Positions 40,084 through 50,500 of a stretch of 64,000 nucleotides of DNA are shown in pieces. Source of the stretch: an uncultured Planctomycetaceae bacterium (GTDB taxonomy: Bacteria; Planctomycetota; Planctomycetia; Pirellulales; Lacipirellulaceae). The first letter of the stretch is position 1, and each line of letters starts with the position of its first letter. The stretch is from positions 1-64,000 of the forward strand of contig CAZYQQ010000010.1 in assembly GCA_964650265.1 (NCBI GenBank), read 5' to 3'. Under the pieces are notes generated by a model. That model did no database searches. It saw only the letters and a program-made list of their open reading frames with translations, and was not told the DNA's origin. The position numbers and the translations under genes are program-made.

Positions 40084-40267
40084 CGCACGCCATCGGCATT
40101 GCGTGACGCCATCTCCCCTGCCCCATCTCCCACGACGCGGCCCCTTCTATTGCGCGCCGACAATCCGCTTAATCGGCAAAGTCGTTGCGGTCGACTCTGC
40201 CGATCGGGAAATTTGCGCATCGTCGCCAGCCGGCCCAAACTGCGCCATCCGATTTGTCGAAGATAAT

Positions 40268-41647
40268 ATGCGCAGTCTGCGTGATCTCGGTGTTTCGCGG
40301 CAACTTTGCAATGGCTCGGTGCAAGAGAGTTTGAGGCGCGGCATGAATCCCGACATGAAATCGGCCCACCTGCTTCCGCTCGAGGCCTTCACAGGCCCTG
40401 CGATCGCTCCCTGGAGCGAAGGGGTCGTCCCTCGCCACGATGCCGCCAAGGTTGTCGATCGCTCGCGGCAGAGCGAGCAGGGTGAATCGTCGCGGCTCAC
40501 CGGCCGCCTGGCCGCCGTCCTCCGCGCGGTGGTCGAGGGACTCGAGTGCGACGGTGCCGACTTCTACACGCTCGACGACGCGACAACGTGCCTCGAGCTG
40601 CGAGTCGCCCATCACCTGGCCCACCGTCAACCCGGCCCCCCCCAACGACCACTGGCCAAGGCGCTGGCCGACGTGGCCGCCATGGCCGGCAGCGCCATCG
40701 TGCTGGAGGACGAAGCCGCGATGGCCGACTGGCCCCTCCCCGTCTGGTGCGGAGCGGCCGTCTGTCTGCCGGTGGCAAGCGATCGCACGGTCTATGGTTC
40801 GCTGTGGCTCTACCACAGCGAGCCACGGAGTTTCTCCGACAGTCAAGTCCAAATGGCCGAAGTCGTGGCGGGCCGACTCGCCGCGGAACTCGAAATCGAC
40901 ACGTTGCGACAAAACTTGGGCCGCGGGCGCGGCGAAGTCCACAGCGATCCCTCCAACTCCGTGGGGACGATCAAGCTCCCCACACCTGGCAGCCGCCCCA
41001 TTCTCCGCACCACCGAAGAGTGGGACGTCGCGGGCTGGCAGGCGGAATCGCATTCGCCCGGCTCGTTCCACGATTGGCACGCGCTGGGGGATGGCCGGAT
41101 GCTGGTGGCGGCTGGGGCAACCTACTCGCAGCCAGAGGGAGCCCCGTCGCTGATCGAGTCGGCGCGGATCGCGCTCCGTTCGCTCGCCCCCCAGGCCTAC
41201 GACGCGGGCGAACTTCTCACCAACGTCAATCGCACCTTGTGGCTGGCCTGTCCCGGCGGCGCCGGGTTGTCGCTGGCCATCGCCCTGGTCGATGGCGAGG
41301 ATGCCCAAGCCAGTGTCGCCCTATCGGGTTCGGCGGCAGCCTTGTCGTGGCGGGCCTCGACCTGCGAGACCATACCGGCCACCTGCGCGCCGGTCGGCTG
41401 GTCGGAGCAATCGATTTACGTCCCCCGGCGGATGGAAGTCCTCGTTCGCCAGCGGCTGGTGCTTGCCGCCACCGGGGCCAAGCTCGCCAGCGCCGCACCG
41501 CTCGACGCCCTGGCCAAATCGCTGCGGCAGGAATCGACCGACGCGGTGCGCACAATGAGCGCCAAGCGGGCGATGCGAATCGTCGCCGGGGCGATCGACC
41601 GGCTGGGAACGCCACTCGATAGCGTGGCGCTGCTGCGACGGCCGTAG
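40268..41647 (+). CDS. GAF-domain protein with a C-terminal domain that may be a degenerate PP2C/SpoIIE-like module.
   Basis: GAF-like core (..SLWLYHSEPRSFSDSQVQMAEVVAGRLAAELE). The downstream region is only weakly similar to a PP2C fold. The start is uncertain. Confidence 0.45.
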   Translation: MRSLRDLGVSRQLCNGSVQESLRRGMNPDMKSAHLLPLEAFTGPAIAPWSEGVVPRHDAAKVVDRSRQSEQGESSRLTGRLAAVLRAVVEGLECDGADFYTLDDATTCLELRVAHHLAHRQPGPPQRPLAKALADVAAMAGSAIVLEDEAAMADWPLPVWCGAAVCLPVASDRTVYGSLWLYHSEPRSFSDSQVQMAEVVAGRLAAELEIDTLRQNLGRGRGEVHSDPSNSVGTIKLPTPGSRPILRTTEEWDVAGWQAESHSPGSFHDWHALGDGRMLVAAGATYSQPEGAPSLIESARIALRSLAPQAYDAGELLTNVNRTLWLACPGGAGLSLAIALVDGEDAQASVALSGSAAALSWRASTCETIPATCAPVGWSEQSIYVPRRMEVLVRQRLVLAATGAKLASAAPLDALAKSLRQESTDAVRTMSAKRAMRIVAGAIDRLGTPLDSVALLRRP

Positions 41648-41707
41648 TCGTTCAGCGCGTGAGTTGGCGTTTGCGAGTTGACGAGGGGAACGTTGTGCGA
41701 ATCGGGG

Positions 41708-42496
41708 CTACTTAATCTCCGGCGTCACGACCAGCAGCCTAGCGATGCGATTCTCTCGCTCCACGATTTTCCGCCGGCCGTACCATGTCTGCTTCTCGAT
41801 CGCTTCGGTTCGCTCTTCGACCGGTCCAATCCAAATGGTTGGTTGTCCTGCCGGTTGTACGGTGTCGACTTGCCAATCCTGCTGTTCGATAGGGGCGGCT
41901 TGTTGCCAAATATCATCCGAATCACGCACCTCTGTTTGCATCACGAATTGGACGCGAAGATCGAGTGCGATCGTGCCTTCGTCTCTTTCAACAGCATAGA
42001 AGCTCATTTTGCTACCCGACTTCGTTCGCGTCTTCGTGCCAACGTCTGCCATTGTTTCCAAGCCCCCAGCGACCAACCGATTGGCTGGGCCAGTCGCCGT
42101 GGTTTGCCCAACCGAAGTCAGGGGCCGAGCGATGTTGTGATTCTTCACCACATCGAGAAACGCCTGCGCGTCGACCGGGCGCGCGGCCGCCGATGGGGAA
42201 GGATCTTTCTCTGATCGACTCAGTGCGTCGACAATGGCTTGCATGTCCTCGAGTGTGAGTTCCCCGTTGGGACCTTCGGCGAGTTGGATACCCGTCGTCT
42301 GCTCGAGCTTCGTGAGGCTGATCTCGAACAACTCCGTGGTGACCCCGATCGGCGCCGCCCCTTTTGGCACCCGCTCTGCCTCGGAAGTGACATTCCGCAC
42401 GGGGAGGAGCATCTCGTCGGCCCCCCGGGCACGGAGTGTTGGAATCGCGAGCAAGACCACTGCCATTGGGATTACGACGCGGATCATCGAAGCCAC
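41708..42496 (-). CDS. Secreted hypothetical protein (262 aa).
   Basis: Signal peptide MIRVVIPMAVVLLAIPTLRARG. Confidence 0.5.
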   Translation of the reverse strand: MASMIRVVIPMAVVLLAIPTLRARGADEMLLPVRNVTSEAERVPKGAAPIGVTTELFEISLTKLEQTTGIQLAEGPNGELTLEDMQAIVDALSRSEKDPSPSAAARPVDAQAFLDVVKNHNIARPLTSVGQTTATGPANRLVAGGLETMADVGTKTRTKSGSKMSFYAVERDEGTIALDLRVQFVMQTEVRDSDDIWQQAAPIEQQDWQVDTVQPAGQPTIWIGPVEERTEAIEKQTWYGRRKIVERENRIARLLVVTPEIK

Positions 42497-42712
42497 CTCC
42501 TGGGGAATTCGGTCTCGCGGGAAGAGCGAAACGGCGGTGGAGCGTATCGCTGTGACCTCGAGTCAACAAGCCCAATGATTTCTGCGGCACTCCGCACCAC
42601 TGATCGCTCCCCCAACTGCTGACACGAAGCCCTGTTGCCCGTATCCTGGAGAACTAATCACCCCACTCGAGGGGTCGGACCGCGCGGGCAAAGTTTGACG
42701 AGGTTTGTTGGC

Positions 42713-43975
42713 ATGTCGAAACTCACACTCTGGTTGTTTCTGGTGGGCTGCTTGCTGCTGGCGTCCGATGCCCTAGCCGACCGCTGGCCCTCGTGGCGCG
42801 GCCCCGCTGGGAACGCGGTTGCCCCGGAAGGGGACTATCCCGTGAACTTCGGCCCTGAAGAGAACTGCGCCTGGTCGATCGACCTGGGAGGAGAGGGAGC
42901 GAGCACGCCGATCGTGTGGGGCGACGCCGTGTTTGTCACGGCTTCGGTCGATGGGCAGGACACCCTCACCTGCTACGACCTGGCGAGCGGCGACGAGCGC
43001 TGGCGGAAAAAATTCGGCAAAGCCCGCGAAGGAAAGCATCGTGCCGGCACCGGGAGCAACCCTTCGCCAGTGACCGACGGAGAGCACCTGGTAGCCTACT
43101 TCAAGAGTGGGCTGGTGACCTGCAGCGATCTCGAAGGGAATCTCTTGTGGGAAGTCAACCTGCAGGAGCAGTACGGCAAAGACACCTTGTGGTGGGATCT
43201 CGGCACCTCGCCTGTCCTGACGTCGAAGGGAGTCGCGATTGCCGTCGTCCAAGAGGGGGCGTCTTATCTGATCACGCTCGACCTCAAGTCGGGTGATGTC
43301 GTCTGGAAGCAAGACCGCCAATACAAGACGGCCCAGGAATCGGATCAAAGCTACACCACACCCGCGGTCGAAACGATCGACGGCGTGGAAACCATCGTCA
43401 CCTGGGGGGCCGACCACCTCACGGGGCACGATGCCAAGACGGGCAAGCTGCTGTGGGAATGCGGCGGCTTCAACCTGCAGAACGAAGGGATGTGGCGAAC
43501 CATCGCGTCGGCCACCGTGGTCGATGGCGTCGCCTATGTCCCCTTCGGTCGCGGCGCCCACTTGGCCGCGATCAAGCTGGGGGGCGAGGGAGACATCACG
43601 GCAGGGAGCGAAATCTGGAGGGAAAGTGGCCGCGCCGTCGCGGCGGATGTTCCCTGTCCCATTGTGGCCGACGGCAAGGTCTACCTGCTCACCGACAAAG
43701 GGGACGTCAGTTGCCGCGACGCGAAGACCGGGGACGAACTTTGGTCCGGCCGGCTGCCACGGGGGAGCGCCCCCTTCTTCAGCTCACCGCTGCTCGCCGG
43801 CAGCAAGCTTTACGCCGTCCGCGAAAATGGAACGGTCTACGTGTGCGACGTCACCGATGGCATGAACCTGCTTGCCGAAAACGAACTCGAGGGGCCGATT
43901 GTCGCCACCCCAGTCCCCGCGGGTGATTCGATCCTCATCCGCACGCGGACACACCTTTATCGATTCGGCAAGTAG
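42713..43975 (+). CDS. Secreted PQQ-like beta-propeller repeat protein (BamB-like).
   Basis: Signal peptide MSKLTLWLFLVGCLLLASDALA. Repeated blades of the form W..G..GDVVWK, TGKLLWE, TGDELWS. Confidence 0.75.
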   Translation: MSKLTLWLFLVGCLLLASDALADRWPSWRGPAGNAVAPEGDYPVNFGPEENCAWSIDLGGEGASTPIVWGDAVFVTASVDGQDTLTCYDLASGDERWRKKFGKAREGKHRAGTGSNPSPVTDGEHLVAYFKSGLVTCSDLEGNLLWEVNLQEQYGKDTLWWDLGTSPVLTSKGVAIAVVQEGASYLITLDLKSGDVVWKQDRQYKTAQESDQSYTTPAVETIDGVETIVTWGADHLTGHDAKTGKLLWECGGFNLQNEGMWRTIASATVVDGVAYVPFGRGAHLAAIKLGGEGDITAGSEIWRESGRAVAADVPCPIVADGKVYLLTDKGDVSCRDAKTGDELWSGRLPRGSAPFFSSPLLAGSKLYAVRENGTVYVCDVTDGMNLLAENELEGPIVATPVPAGDSILIRTRTHLYRFGK

Positions 43976-44111
43976 GAAGTTCCACCGAAAAGTAGGTCCC
44001 GCTTGCCGAGCGGGACCTTGCGCGATGCAAGAGCCTCAACCTGCTCTGAGGTCCCGTCCGGCAGACCGGGACCTACTGAATGGTCCGGCAGACGGGACCT
44101 ACTGAATAAGC

Positions 44112-44420
44112 TCACGCCTCCTCGATGATTTCCTTCACCGGTTGGACGAAGTGGGGGGACTTGCCCGAGGTGCTCAGTTCCTTGGCCTTTTTTTCGGCTT
44201 CCTTTTTCTGGTTGAAGTCGTAGAGGGCCACTCGGCGGAGCGACTGGTTGAACACCCCCCAAAAGGCCTTCAGGCGGACTTCCTTGGCGGCCTTGGCGCG
44301 ACTCTTGCGCTTGGCCGGGGCCTTTTTCTTGACCTTCTTGCCCCCTTCCAGGGCGTCGAGGGCTTCGGCTGCTTCGGCTTCCGCACGTAGCTCTTTGCGG
44401 TTTACGACTTTGCGTGCCAT
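44112..44420 (-). CDS. Small basic Lys/Ala-rich protein (about 102 aa), possibly nucleic-acid binding.
   Basis: MARKVVNRKELRAEAEAAEALDALEGGKKVKKKAPAKRKSRAKAAKE.. Internal ATG chosen over the longer TTG-type track ORF. Confidence 0.4.
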   Translation of the reverse strand: MARKVVNRKELRAEAEAAEALDALEGGKKVKKKAPAKRKSRAKAAKEVRLKAFWGVFNQSLRRVALYDFNQKKEAEKKAKELSTSGKSPHFVQPVKEIIEEA

Positions 44421-44544
44421 GGGAGGCTTTCGACGGTGGGAATTTAGGGAAAATTGGGGCGCAAACTGCCCGGTCTGCCCTAGATGATACCCCCCGCGGC
44501 ACAAATCGCCTACCGGGGGCGCTCCGAGTCGCCTCGCCCCATGG

Positions 44545-44883
44545 CTACAACTCGATCCCCAGTTTCTTCGCCCGGGCTTCCATCCCAGGCCGGAAGTAGA
44601 TCATGGGATTGTTGGCCGTGTAGCGATTTCTGGAGGCTCTTTTCCGGGCCCAGAAAAAGGTCGAGTCGACCAGTTTCAGCGGGAGCTTCCCCTGCTCGAC
44701 GAGTTGCACCACGCGAGCGACGAACGCGCGATCACTGCTCGACTTCGCCCGCAACCCCACCAGCAGCCGCTCGAGGAGTGCCGGGCTCCGTTCGAGCTGA
44801 GCCCGGGCTGTCGAAGCAAACGAGACGCAGGCGAGAGCCAGCGAGCCCCCCAGGCATTTCAAGATTTGACGGCGTGAAAACAT
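44545..44883 (-). CDS. Small Tat-signal secreted protein (112 aa).
   Basis: Twin-arginine motif SRRQILKCLGGSLALACVSFASTARA. Confidence 0.45.
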   Translation of the reverse strand: MFSRRQILKCLGGSLALACVSFASTARAQLERSPALLERLLVGLRAKSSSDRAFVARVVQLVEQGKLPLKLVDSTFFWARKRASRNRYTANNPMIYFRPGMEARAKKLGIEL

Positions 44884-45394
44884 GGGCTAGGGCTCGTCCG
44901 ATGGGAGTCTGTCTGATAGGAATCAGCGCAGCAGGCCGCCGCGCGAGGCGAATCAGTAGCCGAAACGCGCGGACCGGGCAAGGTCAGTCGTCGAGTGGCG
45001 TATGGTACGAAGTTTGCTCTATGGCGGAGTTCCACAGAATTGAGAAAAACAGACCGAATGCGCGTAAAAACAGTGCGATTCGTCCTGTTGCGAACTACAA
45101 TTTTGCTGTAGGCTTGCCCCCCTACTGGTGGCTCGCAATTTCGACTGCTGTCGCCGGTACCGCTTGCCGATAAACAACCAGCCGCTACGATTGATGTCCA
45201 CAGACAACTTTCGCGTTCCCCACGATAGGGACGCGAAATCACAACTCAAACTTTCCGGTCAAAATTCCGTCGGGAGGACCTAAAAAATCGATTGGCCCGA
45301 GCCGATTCAAAGGCAGCGCGCAGCGCTGTTCGGCTTGCGTCTGTCTTCGAGTGACTCCACTCCGTCGCAATCGACCGGAAGTTTGTTATTTGCC

Positions 45395-45438
45395 AAGGGC
45401 CCCCTTCGATGCGTCGGAGTGGGGCCCTTCGCTTTTTG
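45395..45438 (+). terminator. Terminator-like hairpin AAGGGCCCCC..GGGGCCCTT followed by CGCTTTTTGG.
   Basis: Read directly. No annotated plus-strand gene lies upstream. It could be a small-RNA 3' end. Confidence 0.35.
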
Positions 45439-45486
45439 GAAGTTGGAAGTTGGAAGTTGGAAGTTGGAAGTTGGAAGTTGGAAGTT
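45438..45486. repeat. Seven perfect tandem copies of the heptamer GGAAGTT.
   Basis: (GGAAGTT)x7 directly after the hairpin. The 7-bp unit is not a multiple of three. It lies intergenic, 3' of the HTH gene. Confidence 0.9.
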
Positions 45487-45631
45487 GGAAACGCGTGCCG
45501 CGTTTCCCCTGACCTCTGGCCCCTGACCCCTTTTTTGGGTGTTTTGAGAAATCGATTTCCGCCAAACAATTCGCGCTTTTCTTGCCGTCTCGCGGGGGGT
45601 GAGGCTGTCATGCGAGGGATTTGCGAGCCAG

Positions 45632-46558
45632 TCATTCCAAAAAACCCTTCGACTTTAATTTCTTTTCCCACTCTTCTTGGGTTCCGAAATCGATCTCGAC
45701 GAAGGGGAGCATGCGGGCCAGTTCACGGGTGAAATTGCAGTAGCAGGCCATGAAGGTGTTCTTGATGCGGTGCCGTTGGTCAACATCTGGGATCTCCTCA
45801 TGCAGCCGCGTCAGGAAAGCCAGGCGGAAGTCGCGCAGGGATTGCTGTTTGAACTCTGTCGACATGATCGCCTTCTTTTGATCGTCGCTCAGCCTGTTGA
45901 GCAGGAACGCCGCGGCGCGCCAGTTTGACCTTGCCTTTTGGCGAATCGAATTGATCGGCTCCATTTCGGCTTCCATCTCGGCCCGGCACAGTTTCTCGGC
46001 GAATGCGGGGTCGCGACGCTTTTCGTTGGCGATGGTTTCGTCACTACACCCCACGTACCTGCTCGCACGGGTAATGCTGGCGCCGGCAGCGACCAGGGCA
46101 CAGATTTCCCGTTTTTTCGCTTCGTCGAGCACGCGGGGGCGGCCCGGTTTTTTCGACGCGGCGGTGGGTGGAGGGGGATCAGCCGCCGGCGACGCGTCAA
46201 ACGTGGGAAAAGTGAGTGGGGGTCGCGGATCGTTCATCACATGCTCCTTTCTCGGGGGCAGCGTTACAGGCTGCCGGTCGGATTCTGGTGCCCGGCCACT
46301 GGCGACCGGGCATGTGGTCAACAGTATACTACTCGCACTGGAGCCTTCTTGGGCAATTTTTGGGCACGCACCGCCCCACTGGCTAAAGGTCGGCCGCCGC
46401 TCCCGGCGGACCGGGACGCGCCCCTCCGTCGGCTCCTCCTTCACCCGGACAAGTTCGGCCCCCGGGTTGGCCGCCACCAGGGCACCAGATCCGGTGGCTG
46501 TTGGTTCTGGGGCTTTGGGTTCCGGGGTTTTGCGGCGTCGACGTCGTATACGGCTCAT
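45632..46558 (-). CDS. Pro-rich protein with a resolvase/Hin-type helix-turn-helix (GRPRVLDEAKKREICALVAAGASITRASRYVGCSDETI) and no recognisable catalytic domain.
   Basis: GRPR + HTH pattern. The N-terminal region is disordered. It sits at the edge of the low-GC island. The start is uncertain (track ORF extends to 46636). Confidence 0.45.
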   Translation of the reverse strand: MSRIRRRRRKTPEPKAPEPTATGSGALVAANPGAELVRVKEEPTEGRVPVRRERRPTFSQWGGACPKIAQEGSSASSILLTTCPVASGRAPESDRQPVTLPPRKEHVMNDPRPPLTFPTFDASPAADPPPPTAASKKPGRPRVLDEAKKREICALVAAGASITRASRYVGCSDETIANEKRRDPAFAEKLCRAEMEAEMEPINSIRQKARSNWRAAAFLLNRLSDDQKKAIMSTEFKQQSLRDFRLAFLTRLHEEIPDVDQRHRIKNTFMACYCNFTRELARMLPFVEIDFGTQEEWEKKLKSKGFLE

Positions 46559-47524
46559 GGCAGGGGTTCTCCGGTAGATTGGAAAGGAAAGGGAAGAACA
46601 GGGGTACCCGGCGGTAGAGATACACCGGTACACCAAAAATCCAAGCTACCGGGCGGGGTGCCCGATTTCGACAAGAAAGTGGGGAGAAAGTGGGAAATCG
46701 CGTGGGGGAAGGGGATTTCAGAGATTTTTAGTGTGGCGCGACCGTTTCGGTCGCGAAGATTGGAGTCGCATCGAAGTACCCCTTTTTGCTATCTTACCAG
46801 CTTTAGTCATGCCAGCCCGCAAGGATGCGTCTGAGTTCATGCTACACCATCGCGAACTTTCCAAGCCGCATCTTCGACTACTTCGAGTTTACCGCCGAAA
46901 TCGAGAAGATTCGCGAGTCGAACATCCTCTACCTGATCGTCTCCAAGTTTGCTGACGTTGACTTGAGCCGTATGCTGACAGGTACCTAGGGCTCCAGAAG
47001 CGAAATGGCGGGTTTGCAATGCTTCCATTCACAACCAAGAACAAGTATTCGCGCTAGATTGGGTTCCGGTATCTGATTGTTCGACTGATTTGCGCATCGA
47101 ACTCCTCGATTATGTCGATGCACTTCTTAAATCGCTTGTCGTCTCAAATGAAGAGTATGTCCCTGAATTAGAGCAAGCGGTGGCAAAGGCCCACCGAGTG
47201 CTTGAGAGCCTTGGAATTACCAAGGCCAAGTAGTGCTTCGAACTTCTCTCGCACTCAATTCAGTAGTCCCTCGATGGAACATTTTATTCCAGCGGTAATG
47301 ACGGTCATCATGGCTATTGGGGTGTGGATTCAGTATTGGAGCTACCGCGATCAACACAAAGCTCCACCACCGCCACCCGACGAGACACGCAGTAACTGAG
47401 TCGACCGCGCCCGGCGACCCTATGTCAGGCTTCCGCAAAGTTGCTCCATCCCTAATAATGGTGCCACCTCCACGGATCAGGAGGTCAATTGCATCAATAA
47501 ACGCTGAGTCGTGGGCACCGCGAT

Positions 47525-50500
47525 ATGCTGGACTTGAAAACGGCCATTGCTCGCTTTGGCGCCGACGCGAAAGCAAAACTCGCCAATCCGGCCGCAACCG
47601 GCGAGCCGGAGGATCAACTCCGCGCTCCGCTGGAAGCGCTCTTTGCCGATTTGGCCGAGCTTTGCGGATTCAAACGCGATTGGGTCACGGCAGTCGGTGA
47701 ATCGTCGCTTTCCGCGCTCAAGACTCGGCCCGATTACGCGATCACCTTGCGAAACGTCCTCGTCGGTTATGTGGAGATCAAGGCACCGGGCAAGGGAGCC
47801 GACCCGCGTCGCTACAAAGGGCATGACAAGGAGCAATGGGAAAAGCTACAGTCGCTCCCGAACTTGTTGTATACCGACGGCAACGCCTTCAGCCTTTGGC
47901 AGGATGGGGAGCTCGTCGGTTCGATCGTTGAACTGGAGGGGGATGTCGAAACTTCGGGAGGCAAGCTCGCCGCTCCACTCGAGTTGGTGGCCCGGTTCGA
48001 CAACTTTTTGCGCTGGGAACCGATTCCGCCGAAATCGGCAGCGGAGTTAGCCAAGGTCTCCGCCCGGCTCTGCCGTCTATTGCGCGATGAAGTGACCGAG
48101 CAACTGGCGGAGAAAGATCCCGCCCTCACCGATCTCGCGGCCGATTGGCGCCACCTCCTGTTTCCCGAAGCGAACGACGCCCAGTTTGCCGATGGCTACG
48201 CCCAGGCCGTGACCTTCGGCTTGCTGATGGCACGGTCGAGCGATATCAAACTCGCTGGCGGGCTCGACCAGGTTGGCAAGCAACTTGGCAAGACCAACTC
48301 GCTGATCGGTGCCGCCTTGCGTCTGCTTACCGACGAAGTCGGCAGCGAGTCGACGCTCAAGACTTCGCTCGGCGCCTTGGTCCGGGTGCTCGATTCAGTC
48401 AATTGGCTAGCGATCAGCAAGGGGAATCCCGATGCCTGGCTCTATTTCTACGAAGACTTCCTAGCCGTTTACGACAACCGGCTGCGAAAGCTCACGGGGT
48501 CCTACTACACGCCGCCAGAGGTAGTCGAGCCAATGATTCGGCTCGTCGACGACGTGCTCCGGAAGTATTTCGCTCGCAGTGCCGGGCTTGCCTCTGCCGA
48601 CGTGACCCTTGCCGACCCCGCCGTGGGGACAGGCACGTTCATCCTGGGCGTGCTCCGCCGCATTGCCGCCGACGTCGAGGCCGACCAGGGTCCGGGTGCT
48701 GTGCCGCAGGCAATTGAGTCGGCCATCGGGCGACTGATTGCGTTTGAGATGCAACTCGGACCCTTTGCGGTGGCTCAGCTTCGTGTGTTCGCCGAGCTGA
48801 GGGAACTGATGGGCAAGCCACCCCGCGCCGTCCCCAGGATGTTTGTTACCGACACGCTCGATAACCCCTACGCCAAAGTCGAGGAGATGGGGTCACTCTA
48901 CCGGACAATCTCGCAATCCCGACTGCAGGCCAACGAGATCAAGGCGAACGAGCCGATTACCGTCGTGATCGGCAATCCCCCCTACAAGGAGAAAGCGAAA
49001 GGACGTGGCGGCTGGGTTGAAGAAGAGCAGCTTAGTAAATGGATGCCGCCCGCCGCTTGGGGTGTCGGAGCCCATGCCAAGCATCTTCGCAATCTCTATG
49101 TCTATTTTTGGCGGTGGGCGACGTGGAAGGTGTTCGACCGTGACGCACCTAACGATACAGGGGTCGTCTGCTTCATCACGGTCGCTGGCTTTTTGAATGG
49201 CCCCGGCTTTCAAGGAATGCGGGCCTATTTGCGCGAGAAGGCCGACCGCATCTGGGTTGTCGACTGCACGCCAGAGGGGCACCAACCGGATGTGCCGACG
49301 CGGATCTTCCAGGGGGTGCAGCAGCCTGTTTGTATCGTGCTGGCGGCGCGATCGAAGTCAAAAGGGGTCAAAAAGCCGGCTACGGTGAAGTACACACTGC
49401 TACCCGCCGGCAAGCGGGAAGAGAAGTTTGCGTCGCTCGCGAAGCTCAAGTTGAATTCAAAGGCATGGCAAGAATGCTCGACCGACTGGCGAGCCCCGTT
49501 TCTTCCCGCCGCCACGGGCGATTGGGTAAGCTACCCTGCACTCGACGAATTATTCGCTTACAACGGCTCGGGGGTCATGCCAGGGCGCACATGGATTATA
49601 GCTCCAGATGCGGAATCGCTGCACCTGCGCTGGCGAATATTGACGAGGGCGAAACCTGACCAAAAGCAAGATCTGTTCGTACCACACCTGAACAAGGGAA
49701 AGCTGGGGGATCGCCACATCGATCGCGAAGTGAAGAAGGGTCTACCCGGTTACCCTGATAATGCAACTTCCATTGCAAATGAACGAGGTAATTCTCTGGC
49801 CCCCGTTTTATATGGATTTCGATCATTTGATCGACAGTGGATCATTCCCGACAATCGCGTTCTCAATCGCCCAAACCCCGAGTTGTGGCGCTCTCACGGC
49901 ACACACCAGCTGTATTTAACGGCGCCGAGCGATCGTTCACCCACGGCCGGACCGGCGATTTCGTTCACAACGGGCATTCCCGATTTGCACCACTACAACG
50001 GCCGTGGCGGGCGTGTATTTCCCCTTTGGCGAGACTCAGAAACTACGCAGCCCAATCTGCCGCCCAAGCTCCTGGAGTTCTTGTCGGCAACCTACAAGAG
50101 ACCCGTCGCACCAGAGGACGTCGTCGCCTATCTGGCGGGCGTGGCCGCCAATCCCGCCTATACCGCGAGATTTCAGGACGATCTTGCCCAACCCGGACTG
50201 CGGATTCCGTTCACGGCCGAGCCAAGTCTATTTGCAAAAGCGGTCGAACTCGGTCGGCGTGTTATCTGGCTTCACACGTTTGGTGAGCGGTTTGCCGATC
50301 GCAAGGGGGGTCGACCTCCAGGGCCACCGAGACTGCTGAAAGACCGGGCTCCGCGGATTCCGAAGGATGGGGCCATTCCGGACGACCCGGAGTCGATGCC
50401 CGACACCATGACCTACGACGAAGCGCACCGCCGCTTGAACGTTGGGGCTGGGTTTATCGAGAATGTGCCCCGCGAAGTGTGGCAATACGAAGTCTCCGGG

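Noticed and set aside
45246-45671. 141-aa ORF containing PTSNFQLPTSNFQLPTS.
   Set aside because: The repeat peptide is just the (GGAAGTT)x7 tract translated. The rest has no coding character.
46640-47520. Possible gene remnant between the HTH gene and the RM gene (frame encoding ..DWVPVSDCSTDLRIELLDYVDALLKSLVVSNEEYVPELEQAVAKAHRVLESLGITKAK).
   Set aside because: No in-frame ATG. Only a TTG gives a 47-aa product. It is probably a decayed pseudogene fragment or non-coding low-GC spacer.
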